A program made the translations under genes and the position numbers. Below the pieces are notes generated by a model. That model saw only the letters and a program-made list of their open reading frames with translations, ran no database searches and was not told where the DNA came from. Source: Desulfatiglandales bacterium (GTDB taxonomy: Bacteria > Desulfobacterota > DSM-4660 > Desulfatiglandales > HGW-15). From it: a stretch of 64,000 bases of DNA. Where the stretch lies: positions 192,001-256,000 of the forward strand of contig CAXXJJ010000001.1 of assembly GCA_963667015.2 (NCBI GenBank), in the 5' to 3' direction. Below, one piece after another: positions 10,301 to 21,626 of this stretch; positions within the stretch are counted from its first letter, which is position 1; each line of letters begins with the position of its first letter.

Positions 10301-13170
10301 TCGCTTATACCGGCGGTTATCCGGTATAAACCGGAATGTTTTGGTGTAAATTTAAATTCAACAGCCTCATTTCCGGATTTTATTTTTTTCGCTTCCTCCT
10401 TTACCCATTGGTTATTAAGCTTTGTCAGGTAGGCGTTGCCTGCTCCCTTAACCCTGGCCGCTTTAGTCTCCTGATGTTCCACTGTAATCCGGATGGTTTC
10501 ATCCATGACAGGTTTACCCTGCTGGTTCACAACAATAACATCGATTTTTGCCGGTTCGTTTTCCCTGAAAATCCATGTATCAGACCTGAGCCCCACAAAT
10601 TTATCCCTGGATGCATAGTTGGCGAAGGCCCTTCCTGCAATGTATTTTCCCCGGTCATCCCGCACAGCGCTTTCCATCTCCAGCCGGCCAAAGTATATAC
10701 CAGTTTCCGGCACAGTGAGGCCTGTTGTGAGATTTCCCCTGTCATCAATATTGTCTTCCTTCTGGAGGAGTGTCTGACTGTCACTGCTTTCAGGAGAATA
10801 ACTGTTAAAGAAAAATCCTTTAGCCGCAGGATCGTTTGAAGAGAAATTTGTACTTCTCAGGTTGACTGTAATCCTTGTGGATGCATCGGTATATGGGCCT
10901 CCGCCATGGAGTCTCGCCTGTGTGGCAATCTCAATCTGATCCCCGGGCAGAAAATCCTTTCCGTTTATGTCGGTGGTAACCTTAAAGGGTGAGGGTGTAA
11001 AATCACTCACAAGAACCCTCATCGGATGCCACTCGCTATCCGTATATGATGCATAAAGGTTAAAACTGTACCATCCGACTGCACCGGTTTGTGGAACAGT
11101 GAATTCACCTTGCATGGCCCCGAACTCGGAGAGTTTAATATCCTTTACCTCATGAACTGTCTTGTTCATGGGATCAGTTACTTTAAGGGTATACTTATCC
11201 CTGGGGGCCGGGACAATTTTTTCGTTATCCTGATTCCTCACATATATCTTGTACTGGACAGTGTCCCCTGCCTTATACACTCCCTGTGCAGTTGTGCCCC
11301 ATGATCTTATAAAGCCGTATTCCTTTCTCTTGTATGAATATACTGTTTCATGGGATGCAGAGTATGTATTCATTATAAAATCGTCGTCCATGGGTAAAAG
11401 CGCCATATCACCGGCCTTTTCAACCTTTGTAAAAAGCATGGGCTCATTTTTGCGATACACATACAGATACTCGTTGTTCGGGTCCAGTTTGTCCGAACCG
11501 GCAAGAATGACTAGGCCATCCGAATCGGTTATTCCCTGTACCAAGGGCCTGGGAGATTCCGAGAGGACGCTGTATGTATCGACGAAAATACTTACCTTTG
11601 CATCTTTCACAGATTCGCCTGTTGTGAGGTCAGTAACCCATACCAGGGTATTGAAATGACCAAGCTTTACATGCACCTGGAATGGCGTCACCTCCCCGAA
11701 GAAAAACTTTCCATCCCCATATTTTCTTACAAAGGGCAGTGAATCCACAGAGCCTTTTACAACCCCTGATTCTCCCTCCAGCATCTTCCTTATACCCATG
11801 GGAATTCTTAATGCCGCGTCCCTTGTTGGCGGCAATGGCAGATCACGCCCCTGCATTGATATTTTTCCATTTGAGGTAAGTCTATCGTAGAACAGGTTCA
11901 TTCTATCTATGTTGGTAACAACTACAGGCATATCCGTATCAACATTTTTTTCAAGTATGGAAACAGGATTGGTAAGATCAAAATCCGGCGGCATGTGATC
12001 TGTTGCAAAGCTTATATTCATTGGTTCTTTCAGTTTACGGCCAAACTCATCGGAGAGCGCCCTTCGACCTGTGACGGTATACGTTTGAGCAGGACCTAAA
12101 GTCCTTGGCAGATAGACATAATATTTCGTGCTCCTGCGGTGTGGTGAGTTAAGCCTGGAATAATCATTTATGTTGTCCCATGAGACAGATGGCTCAAACC
12201 TGATGTTCTCCTTGATTTCGGAATTAAGGACAGGGGAGGTAAAAGCCAGCATAACAGACTGGGTTGGATTACATAGCCCTCTGTTTTCAGAGAGGTCACC
12301 CGGATTAATATGAATCCTTTTACGCTGGTTATCAAAACACTCTATACCCTCAAAATTGAACTCCGGAAAGGTATAAAAACTTACCAGTTCACGCCTCTCT
12401 GCACCATTTTCCGGGCCAAGTGACGATTCCAGACCGGGTTCCACCATTAGGGATGCGGTCGCATCATCCGGCAGCTCCTTTTCCGGATATACCAGCCATA
12501 CCCTCCTTGCTTCCCTGCCGGCTTTATCCTTCTGTTTGACATCAGCTTCATCCTGCGAAAACAGGCCTCCAATGGATTTAAACAGCTTTTCAAAAAAGGA
12601 TTCATCTTCGGCAGGTTCAGTTTTCTGCTTTTCGGAAATATTGACAAGAGCCATGTTTTCTCCGGGAAGGGGCAGAAACATGGGCGTTTCCCTGTCTTCG
12701 TCATCGGGCTCCGCATTGAGTTTTACTCTTCTTTGCCCCTGCCATGGAATGTCAATAAACAGATGATTTTCAACTGAAGCCCTGGATACGGGCTGGTTAA
12801 ATGTAACCCTTATGACCGGCAGGGATGGAGAGCGCCATGTTCTGAACCATGAATGAACAACCCCTGGCCTTTCGGTTATAAAATGATGTGTTACGGGTTT
12901 TTCCATGGTCGTTCCATCTTCTGTCATAATCCCGGGATTCACCTGCACTTTATACCCTGTTGCGGGTTTGAGGGATGAGCCTTCATCAAGAATCCACGCC
13001 AGGGTGGAGGTATTAAGCCAGCGCCACTGGCCCTTAATCTCGGGATCAATCGTGATGGGAATCTCGGAGGCCTTCCTGTCCATGGCACCCACTGGGACGA
13101 CCGGTCGGTTGAACTGGAATACTATTTTATTACCTGCCCGCACATCTTCACCTGCCGGCGTGATGTTTAA

Positions 13171-14291
13171 TATTAACCCGGCAACAAAATACTTAACAAA
13201 TGGATCGTATTTTGTTATAACACGATCATGGAAAAAATAGACGCAAGGAAACTCAGCACTGATGCCCAACAACAAATTCGTAATCAAGTCATTCGACTCC
13301 GAAAACAGGGACGAACGCATAATGAGATCAGTGCCATTACAGGAGTGAGCCGATCCATTTGCAGTACATGGTGGGCTCTTTATCAAAAAGAAGGTAATAA
13401 AGCCCTTAAAATTAAAAAGCGTGGCCGTCCAAAGGGCAGTTGCCGCACGTTGACACCTGATCAGGAAAAAGAATTGCAAAAAGCTATACAAGACAAATGC
13501 CCTGACCAAATGAAATTACCATTTGCTTTGTGGACACGCATTGCCGTACAGCAACTCATCAAACAATTGTGGAATATAGATATGCCGATCAGAACTGTTG
13601 GCGAGTATCTGAACAGATGGAATTTTACTCCACAAAAACCACTGAAGAAAGCCTATAAACAAAATCCAAAAGCAGTCAAAGCTTGGTTGGAGACAGAATA
13701 CTCGGATATTTCCAAACGTGCAAAAAAAGAGACCGCGGAAATTCATTGGGGGGATGAGACTGGATTGTGTAACGACAGTTACCATGGAAGAAGTTACGCT
13801 CCTCGTGGTGAAACACCGGCGATTAGGCTTCATCCCAGGTGCCAGCGCGTCAACCTGATTTCCTCTGTCACCAATCAAGGTAAAGTTCGTTTTATGGTTT
13901 ATAAAAACAAGATGAATTCCCAAACGATGATCAAATTCATGGAACGATTGATCAAAGATGCTGATAAAAAAATCTTTTTGATTGTAGATAATTTGAAAGT
14001 CCATCATAGCTATATTGTCAAAGACTGGCTGAAAGAACATGAAGACAAAATTGAGTTGTTCTTTCTTCCATCATATTCACCGGAATTAAATCCTGATGAA
14101 TACCTAAACTGCGACCTAAAGGTCGGTGTACATTCTGGTATTCCAGCCAGAACAAAAAAAGAACTCAAGCAAAAAGCTATTTCTCATTTGAGAAAGCTTC
14201 AAAAACTACCTGGACGTGTTAAAAAATATTTTAAACACCCTAAGATTGCTTATGCTGCTTGATAGTCTCCTATTTAATTGCCGGGTTAATA
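13171..14291 (+). mobile_element. IS630-family insertion sequence with TA target duplication
   Basis: Perfect 14-bp inverted ends TATTAACCCGGCAA (13171-13184) / TTGCCGGGTTAATA (14278-14291) including flanking TA; encloses a DDE transposase. Confidence 0.93.
13228..14262 (+). CDS. IS630 transposase
   Basis: N-terminal HTH, WGDETG, IVDNLKVH, LPSYSPELNPDE. Confidence 0.95.
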   Translation: MEKIDARKLSTDAQQQIRNQVIRLRKQGRTHNEISAITGVSRSICSTWWALYQKEGNKALKIKKRGRPKGSCRTLTPDQEKELQKAIQDKCPDQMKLPFALWTRIAVQQLIKQLWNIDMPIRTVGEYLNRWNFTPQKPLKKAYKQNPKAVKAWLETEYSDISKRAKKETAEIHWGDETGLCNDSYHGRSYAPRGETPAIRLHPRCQRVNLISSVTNQGKVRFMVYKNKMNSQTMIKFMERLIKDADKKIFLIVDNLKVHHSYIVKDWLKEHEDKIELFFLPSYSPELNPDEYLNCDLKVGVHSGIPARTKKELKQKAISHLRKLQKLPGRVKKYFKHPKIAYAA

Positions 14292-14688
14292 TCTCAAGAG
14301 AAAGACCGGAACCCGTTGACCCGGATGTCAGGGTGCCCCCCAGCAGAAATGCAACAATCGCACAGACAATAGTGAAAAGAGTTACTCTAATATCTTTGGC
14401 CATATCTCCTCCTGAGATCTATAAAAAAAGTGACCGAAAACCGTCTCCGTTTTTATTAATGTTTATCAAATCAAACAGTTGGGTTAATCTTAAATGCCTG
14501 CGGTGAAGTGAGTATGAACATAAAATGAAATATGTGTGAAAAATTTTAAAACAGTTATATTCAAAAGGTTTTCTTAAATCATATGGGTTTCAGGGATCAC
14601 CCGGTAATTATACCAGCAGATTTTGTTACCGGGGCGAAATAATTTTGTCCCGGTATTGTCGGAAAAATTAATATTGCCGTCAATATAC

Positions 14689-16227
14689 TTACAGCATCTT
14701 ATTAAGATCAACATGACCTGCCCCGCTCCAGACCTCCCGTTCCTCTTCATAGACGGCTTTTTCAACATGAGAGTCTCCTGATATTATCATGGTCTTTCTT
14801 TCGATTCCATATTCCGGCCATTCACCCATGCTTTCACATGATGGGTTACCTGTATGTGCAAATGCTGTCCAGGCATCCTGCATCTGTTGGGAGATCTTTT
14901 CAACAACAGGGCCTTTCCCACAGAGTGCTTCATCCATTGACCCGAATAAAAAGCCGAGCTCCAGTGCATGGGCTGCTCCCAGTGCGCCGCCCATAGCCGG
15001 GGATTTCCAGGTAAACAGGTAATTATATGCAGGTACACCTTGGTCACGCCGGGCTTCAATAATGTGCAGTACTATATTCCGGAACATAATGTCGGTGTTT
15101 ATGGCCGAATAGAGTTCAAAGGGTGTTACTATCTCCCCTCTTCCCTGCTTCGCATTTTTATAGACATCAATAATCATTTCAATATTTTCTTCAGGAACAT
15201 TCCTTGCCAGGAGTTTCTTAAGCATGGGCTCATCCATTGTTTTATGCATCGGGTTCATCAGGGAGAACAGCTTTTGCTCGTCAAGATTTGAACCAATCAG
15301 GGTAGGAACTTTTGCGGCCATTCCCTTTGAAAATGCCTCAAGGGGCATTAAAGGCATGATTACTCCATCAGCCACAGGGATGCATGGTGCTTCGCCCTGA
15401 TCCGTTTCAATCGCTACCTCCGGTTGTATTTTCAATATTTTTTCAGGAGGAAGGTTTAGCAGGCCGGGGGTATCATCAGCAGATATACCGGCAATCCTGA
15501 GAAATGTTTCTGCTGTATATATGGAGTTTTCAAGGGGACGTGCTATTGCACCCACTGCACTTTCAATTATGGCCTTGTGAAAAAGGCCCCGGGCTGCCGG
15601 TAGTGCCATAAGACAGGAAACACTCATGCCCCCGGCTGATTCACCAAATATGGTTACATTATCAGGATCACCACCAAAACCTTCAATATTATCCCTTACC
15701 CATTCAAGGGCTGCCACCTGGTCGAGCAGTCCTTCATTGCCTGTAGAAGGAATCTTCCCTCCGGTAATCTTATCAAGGTTTAAAAATCCGAGGGCGCCAA
15801 GACGGTAATTTAATGTAACCAGAACAACATTACCCCTTTCGGCAATCCTTCCCGATCGAAACATATGCTCTGAGCCGGACCCCATTGAAAAGGCCCCGCC
15901 ATGAATCCAGACCATTACCGGCCTTTTTTCATTATCAAGGCCCGGTGTATATACATTCAAATAAAGACAGTCCTCGCTCTGTGGTTCCGGTTCTCCACGT
16001 AAAAAAGGCGCCCCCATGGGCATCAGGATCTGGGGTGCAATATTCCCATACCTTAAGGCAGGGCGGATGTTCTCCCACGCAGGGGCAGGTTGAGGAGGCA
16101 TCCACCGAAGCTTTCCGACAGGAGGTTCAGCAAATGGAATCCCTTTAAAAAGATAAAGGTTATTTTCCCTTGAACCCTGAAGTTTTCCCTGTTTTGTGTT
16201 GACTATGTTTTTCTCTATGTCGGACAT
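14689..16227 (-). CDS. Carboxylesterase type B
   Basis: FKGIPFAEPP, EDCLYLNV, WIHGGAF, FGESAGG. Confidence 0.93.
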   Translation of the reverse strand: MSDIEKNIVNTKQGKLQGSRENNLYLFKGIPFAEPPVGKLRWMPPQPAPAWENIRPALRYGNIAPQILMPMGAPFLRGEPEPQSEDCLYLNVYTPGLDNEKRPVMVWIHGGAFSMGSGSEHMFRSGRIAERGNVVLVTLNYRLGALGFLNLDKITGGKIPSTGNEGLLDQVAALEWVRDNIEGFGGDPDNVTIFGESAGGMSVSCLMALPAARGLFHKAIIESAVGAIARPLENSIYTAETFLRIAGISADDTPGLLNLPPEKILKIQPEVAIETDQGEAPCIPVADGVIMPLMPLEAFSKGMAAKVPTLIGSNLDEQKLFSLMNPMHKTMDEPMLKKLLARNVPEENIEMIIDVYKNAKQGRGEIVTPFELYSAINTDIMFRNIVLHIIEARRDQGVPAYNYLFTWKSPAMGGALGAAHALELGFLFGSMDEALCGKGPVVEKISQQMQDAWTAFAHTGNPSCESMGEWPEYGIERKTMIISGDSHVEKAVYEEEREVWSGAGHVDLNKML

Positions 16228-16300
16228 GATATCCTCCTGTATGAAGATATGGGTTGTTTGTCATATCTGATTATATTTTGTTTTCTGTTTTATCACAAAC

Positions 16301-16372
16301 GTAGGGGCACGGCGTGTCGTGCCCTTGCTGGTACAATACCATTTTCATGGGCACGGCGCACCGTGCCCCTAC
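16301..16372. repeat. Inverted pair of GTAG-type REP sequences (REPIN/BIME-like)
   Basis: GTAGGGGCACGGCGTGTCGTGCCCT (16301-16325) and inverted GGGCACGGCGCACCGTGCCCCTAC (16349-16372). Confidence 0.8.
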
Positions 16373-16408
16373 AATATCACACCAGAATGATATGATAATA
16401 AAGTCCTG

Positions 16409-17962
16409 TTATTTAAAAATAAATTTTACTGCCGCCACTGCACAGTTTTCACCATCAATGGCAGCAGACACTATTCCCCCGGCATGTCCTGCCCCCTCCC
16501 CGCAGGGGAAAAGGCCTTTAACATCCGCGTTCATAAAGGTTTCCCTGTCTCGTGGTATCCTTACAGGTGAACTGGTCCTGGTTTCAAGCCCGATAAGCTG
16601 TGCATCATTTGATGAAAATCCGGGCATTTTTTTATTAAAATGAATCAGGGCCTCACGCAGGCCTTTTACCATGAATCCGGGTAATTGCTCATGCAGCGGC
16701 ACAGACATAATTCCCGGGATATAAGATGAGGCATTTAATGACCCGCTTTGCCTATTCCTGATAAAATCCCCTGCCCTCTGGGCAGGGGCTGTCTGGGATT
16801 TACCTCCCAGCTCAAAGGCCAGTTTCTCCAGTTCCGTGCGCAGCCTTAAACCAGCAAATTCATTTTCATTTTTATATGGAGCCCAGTCCCTTTCATCTAC
16901 AGTAACAACAAACCCGCTGTTAGCAAAAGGAGAATCACGCCTTGAAACAGACATTCCGTTTACAACCTGCTCATCAGGGGCCGTAGCGGCAGGGACTATT
17001 ATTCCGCCAGGGCACATGCAGAATGAAAATGCCCCTCTTTCACCGGTCCGGCAGGTAAGGGAATATGCCGCAGCAGGTAAATGTTTACTGTAGTTTTTCG
17101 AATGATACTGTATTTCATTAATAAACCCCTGGGGATGTTCCAGCCGGACCCCCATGGCAAAGGGTTTTGCTTCGAGTCTGATATTATGCCCTTTAAGCAT
17201 GTAATATATATCGGCAGCCGAATGACCTGTGGCAAGAATGAGGGCATCCCCGGAAAACTCCTGGGAATTGTTTACTATAACTCCTGAGATTTTCCTGTCC
17301 CTTATAATGAGGTCTGTGACACGGCTCTCAAAATGAATTTCTCCGCCATTATCGAGGATGGTTTTTCTTATTGCTGATACGATTCTGGGAAGTTTATTTG
17401 AGCCGATATGAGGGTGTGCGTCAATAAGGATATCAGGGTCGGCCCCATGCTGGACCAGTATACGCAAAATTCTTTTTACGTCTCCCCGCTTGGTGGAGCG
17501 GGTATAAAGCTTGCCGTCACTGTATGCCCCTGCTCCCCCCTCGCCGAAACAGTAATTGGAATCAGGATTTACGATGTGTTTTTTCTGGATGGCACTTATA
17601 TCAAAACGACGGGCAGTAACATCCTTTCCCCGTTCCAGCACAACAGGTTTTATACCAGCCTCAATCAGCTTTAATGCCGCATACATTCCGCCAGGACCAA
17701 AGCCTACGATTATTACGCTTTTATCGCCCTTAACCGGATGATAATCAATCCTGTCTTCAGAAAAAACAGGCTGCTCATTCAAGTATACATCACAGAGGAT
17801 TCTGTAGACCGGGGTCTTCCGGGAATCAATGGATCGCCTGATAGGGATGATGGCACTTATGTCATTGACATCTGCACGCAGTTTCTGGGCGGCAAGTTTT
17901 TTATGAAAGTCCCTGTCTAAAAGCCTGTCAGGGTAAATGGCAAGTTCAATCTGTTTTTTCAT
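16409..17962 (-). CDS. NAD(P)/FAD-dependent oxidoreductase (uncharacterised family)
   Basis: IIVGFGPGG Rossmann motif, FGEGGAGAYSDGKL, FCMCPGG, GEGAGHAGGI. Confidence 0.88.
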   Translation of the reverse strand: MKKQIELAIYPDRLLDRDFHKKLAAQKLRADVNDISAIIPIRRSIDSRKTPVYRILCDVYLNEQPVFSEDRIDYHPVKGDKSVIIVGFGPGGMYAALKLIEAGIKPVVLERGKDVTARRFDISAIQKKHIVNPDSNYCFGEGGAGAYSDGKLYTRSTKRGDVKRILRILVQHGADPDILIDAHPHIGSNKLPRIVSAIRKTILDNGGEIHFESRVTDLIIRDRKISGVIVNNSQEFSGDALILATGHSAADIYYMLKGHNIRLEAKPFAMGVRLEHPQGFINEIQYHSKNYSKHLPAAAYSLTCRTGERGAFSFCMCPGGIIVPAATAPDEQVVNGMSVSRRDSPFANSGFVVTVDERDWAPYKNENEFAGLRLRTELEKLAFELGGKSQTAPAQRAGDFIRNRQSGSLNASSYIPGIMSVPLHEQLPGFMVKGLREALIHFNKKMPGFSSNDAQLIGLETRTSSPVRIPRDRETFMNADVKGLFPCGEGAGHAGGIVSAAIDGENCAVAAVKFIFK

Positions 17963-18095
17963 TGTGTCCCCTGTTATGAGGAAAAAATATTATATATTCA
18001 ATTAAAGAGAATCTGAGAAATATATAAATCCATAAAACCCGGAAGTAGTTTAATGAAATGTATGTAAGTATTCAAGGCAATATAATAAATATTTA

Positions 18096-18881
18096 TCAGC
18101 TGTTGAGATCGATCTTATCAAAACCAGGCCGAATAAATTTCCGTGCATCTGGGAATGTTTTTTCTGCTTTTCTTCTGAGTTCATCAAGATGAACCAGTAT
18201 GTTTTTGATACTATTGGCATGGAAACCCGGTAACAGCCTATAGAGACTTCCCCAGGCGGCAATGGAACGATCAATGCCAATCAACGCAACCTTGGCTGAA
18301 CCATCAGAATCACTTGCATAATGATTATCCTCATCAAGGTTCGAATCTTCTATTAAACCGGATACAGCCCTCATAAGTTTTACATATATCTGATGCTGAT
18401 ACCATAGTATAACATCAATTAAATCATTATTTGATTCTGTTTCAATATTACCTTCATATAAGCTAGACACTTCATCTCTCGAAGGACCAAACAAATCTTC
18501 AGCCCCATCAACCCAGTCACCTGCCATATCAGCATATTCCCTGGCCATCATGCAAACCACATGATTATCAGCAGCCTCACCAAGAGCCTGTTCTGACAGA
18601 TATTCATCATTATTATCAATCTGTTCAGGATCAACTCCTGCCGAAATCATCATGTCATTAAGCATTTCAAGAGTGGTCTGAAAAATTTCAGACATTTTTT
18701 TCCAGTAGGCTTCATTATTGATATCCCGTGTTTCTGGATCAGAGAATTCCTCTTCTCCTATATGATAGTTAAGGCATCTTGAAGTCTGGGGGCACCGCTC
18801 ACACCACCTGTCACAGTAGTTATAAATACTGCTTATAAATTTTTCATCCTGGGCCAGATTTTTTAGTTTTTCTTTATCCAA
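18096..18881 (-). CDS. Hypothetical protein with N-terminal Cys motif (YNYCDRWCERC)
   Basis: 261 aa ORF, TTG start, tightly coupled to upstream gene. Confidence 0.75.
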   Translation of the reverse strand: MDKEKLKNLAQDEKFISSIYNYCDRWCERCPQTSRCLNYHIGEEEFSDPETRDINNEAYWKKMSEIFQTTLEMLNDMMISAGVDPEQIDNNDEYLSEQALGEAADNHVVCMMAREYADMAGDWVDGAEDLFGPSRDEVSSLYEGNIETESNNDLIDVILWYQHQIYVKLMRAVSGLIEDSNLDEDNHYASDSDGSAKVALIGIDRSIAAWGSLYRLLPGFHANSIKNILVHLDELRRKAEKTFPDARKFIRPGFDKIDLNS

Positions 18882-18883
18882 CG

Positions 18884-19423
18884 CTAATACCTGCCCCTTC
18901 TATGCTTTTTAGGCCATGAAAATCTTTCCTTCAGCATTTCATAAACATTAAACACAATAGGGCATATTTCATAATTTCCTACTACCCCCCCAAGCCTGAA
19001 TACAAATTCATCCTTATGCAGGTGGGGGAAGGATCGACATGCTTCGGGCCGGTGCTCATAGCATGTGCAAAGATTGCCCTTAAGAAAGGAGCAGGGTAGA
19101 CTTTTAAAAATCAGGTCATCTGAAAATTCGTCATCATCTTCAACAAGATACTGACTTTCAAATTCTGAAGGGCTTATTTTAAGTCCCTTTGCCATTCTTT
19201 CAATATCGCCATCTTCAAAAGCGGGGGATATTTCACGGCAGCAGTTACCGCATTCCCTGCAGTCAATCTCCTGTATTACCTGCTCATAAAAGTCATGAAC
19301 AATCTCATCCAGTTCCTCCATATCCATTGGATATCCCTTGAGGAAAATACGAAATTCCCAATTCTCATCTTCCCCTTTTTCTGCCAGTTCTTTTATTTTG
19401 TTTAAATCAGTAATAATCTTCAT
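18884..19423 (-). CDS. YkgJ-family Zn/Fe-chelating cysteine-cluster protein
   Basis: CRECGNCC ... PCSFL...CTCYEHRPEACRSFP. Confidence 0.85.
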   Translation of the reverse strand: MKIITDLNKIKELAEKGEDENWEFRIFLKGYPMDMEELDEIVHDFYEQVIQEIDCRECGNCCREISPAFEDGDIERMAKGLKISPSEFESQYLVEDDDEFSDDLIFKSLPCSFLKGNLCTCYEHRPEACRSFPHLHKDEFVFRLGGVVGNYEICPIVFNVYEMLKERFSWPKKHRRGRY

Positions 19424-19503
19424 CTATATAGTTCTCTATTTATTGGTATATCTTGAACGATGTTATTCAGGTAATTATTGAATAATGTCGCTTTAAATAT
19501 GCT

Positions 19504-20481
19504 TTAAAAGTGTACACACCTGTTTAAAATACTAATGATCAGGTTTTTGACAGTCTCCATCTCATCCGGTTTACTGACCGCAACAAACAATGTCAGGCTT
19601 GCAAGTGCCTCATTGCTGATTGCCAGGCTCTCTTTATCAGGATTAAGACGGTTGTTCCTTTCCAGAAACAGCAGAAAACATGTTGCTGCAATTCGTTTGT
19701 TGCCATCAATAAAGGCATGGTTTTTTACAATCATGTAAAGAAGTGTAGCGGCCTTTTCTTCAAAGGAGGGGTACAGTTCTTTTTTGCCAAATGACTGACG
19801 AATCTGATCAATGGCGCTTTTAAAACCGCCACCCCGCTCCTGACCAAAAATATTGGAGTTAAAGTCAGCCCGCATTTCACTGACCATTGCCATGTATTCA
19901 TCATAAGCAGGATAAATTACAGGCTTTTTTTAATTACCCTTCCTGTCCAAAGTTTCGTGGTCATAATCATCGAGGAGCCTGAGTCCTTCCGAATAGAGCT
20001 TAAGCCACTTAAAATCGGAACTTTCAATCTTATCTTCAACTGCGCGGCTCAAGATACGTATCCCGTCTTTAAGGTGCCTTATCTCCTGCTGTTTCTGCTC
20101 AAGCCGCTTTTCGTTGATTGCGTATCCCTGCACAAGATAATCTTTAAGTCGTTTTGTGGCCCATTGGCGGAACTGTGTACCCCTTTTTGATTTTACCCTA
20201 TAACCGAGAGAGATGATTACATCGAGATTATAGAATTGTATATTCCTGCTAATGTCTCTGTTGCCTTCTTCTTGAACTGTTGCAAATTTTGCAACTGTTG
20301 ACACTTTTTGAAGTTCCTTTTCTTTATATATATTACCAATATGCCTGGATATTACTGATTTATCCCGCTGGAAAAGTTCTGACATCTGATTCAGAGAAAG
20401 CCATACAGTTTCTTTTTCAAACCGCACTTCAACGGCAGTTTCTTTATCCTTTGTTGTATATATCTCAATCTGGTTTTTCAT
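19504..20481 (-). pseudogene. RhuM/Fic-Doc fusion gene split by an in-frame TAA
   Basis: RhuM part 20481-19930 (YNLDVIISLGYRVKS..GTQFRQWA) and Fic part (HAFIDGNKRIA) share one frame; stop at 19932-19930 is followed by 12 sense codons, then ATG 19893. Confidence 0.8.
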
Positions 20482-20867
20482 CTGCTTTTAACGGATTACT
20501 CCACGCCTGCACTGACAATTATATTGTGGGTTATAATCTCTTCCGGCTTTCTTGCTTCATCATTGAGGCTATTCAAATTCTGTTTGTTCATAAATTTATT
20601 TAAAATATCGGTGAGTTATTTCTTAATGGAATAGTTTTTTGTAACAGAAAAACGGTAGTCAGGCAATTGTTTTGTCGGAAATGAAATAATCCCAGTCCTG
20701 ATACCCTGTAGCCTGTATTTTGGCTAAAAATGGTACTTATAATTATTATAAAAATATATGTCCTGACTTATGTGTCCAGTTGTAAAAGTTGACCTCTATA
20801 CCTTGACCTCATTATATAACTCACATATATTCCCCCCTTTAGATTTTTATTATGATTGGAAAGAGTT

Positions 20868-21626
20868 ATGAAAAAAGTATCAGTAATTGCCACATTTGTT
20901 TTAATCCTGTTTACATCGATCAGTGCCCTTGCAGACCTGTATGATTTTGAAGGTACATGGCGAAACAATAATCCGAAAACCGAGGGCATCAGCTCTCTTA
21001 AGATTGAGCTCAATGTTTACACACCTGCAATTGAGGCATCGGCGCAATGCTGCCTGCCTGAGCAGCATAAATGGGGCACGGTTGATGCCATGGTCTATGG
21101 GCCGAAAGGGGCTGAAAACCTCTGGGAATCTGCGGACACGCTGTCTGCACTATTCAGGACAAAACACGGCCAGCACGTGGTGATAATCAGGATGCCGGAG
21201 ATTAATACCCTCCAGGTGGAAGTCCTGACACATTACACGGATAAGAGTAAAAAAACCGATTTCAGAGAGGTGCACAGGTTTCAGCGTATAATGGAGCGGC
21301 AGCCTGCAGGCGCACCCAAACTCATTTCTCCTGCAAACCATACGGCCTTTTTCCATTATCCCCGCAAAACCACCCTGCGATGGGATAAAAAATATAATGC
21401 CGCCGGATACATTGTGGAAATTGACTGCTTTGAGTGCTGCAAAGCAGGCAAATGGTGCTCGGAAACAGGTTCTCCCTGGAAGACAGTCACCCTGGACAAA
21501 GATTCAACCAGCTTCACCTTTAATTTTCCGGGCGCCCAGGAGGGCAGGTGGAGGGTGAAAACAATAGATGAAAGGGGTGAATCTGGGCCGGAAAGCCGCT
21601 GGTGGGATTTCAGGTATGCCCGGTAA
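20868..21626 (+). CDS. Secreted hypothetical protein with C-terminal Ig/FN3-like region
   Basis: Signal peptide MKKVSVIATFVLILFTSISALA; APKLISPAN...WRVKTID...SRWWDF. Confidence 0.7.
   Translation: MKKVSVIATFVLILFTSISALADLYDFEGTWRNNNPKTEGISSLKIELNVYTPAIEASAQCCLPEQHKWGTVDAMVYGPKGAENLWESADTLSALFRTKHGQHVVIIRMPEINTLQVEVLTHYTDKSKKTDFREVHRFQRIMERQPAGAPKLISPANHTAFFHYPRKTTLRWDKKYNAAGYIVEIDCFECCKAGKWCSETGSPWKTVTLDKDSTSFTFNFPGAQEGRWRVKTIDERGESGPESRWWDFRYAR

Larger units (their letters stand above)
7375..14403 (-). pseudogene. Bacterial alpha-2-macroglobulin (about 1969 aa reconstructed) interrupted by IS630 after codon 38
   Basis: YPYPCWEQ thioester motif, LPDNLTGWRV, EEMYDP. Removing the IS and one TA joins 14403-14290 (MAKDIRV...GLSLEI) in frame to 13170-7375 (LNITPAGEDV...). 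Confidence 0.9.

Noticed and set aside
13171..13509. N-terminal 113 aa of the 2044-aa ORF as real A2M sequence
   Set aside because: It is the antisense strand of the IS630; the true N-terminus is at 14403.
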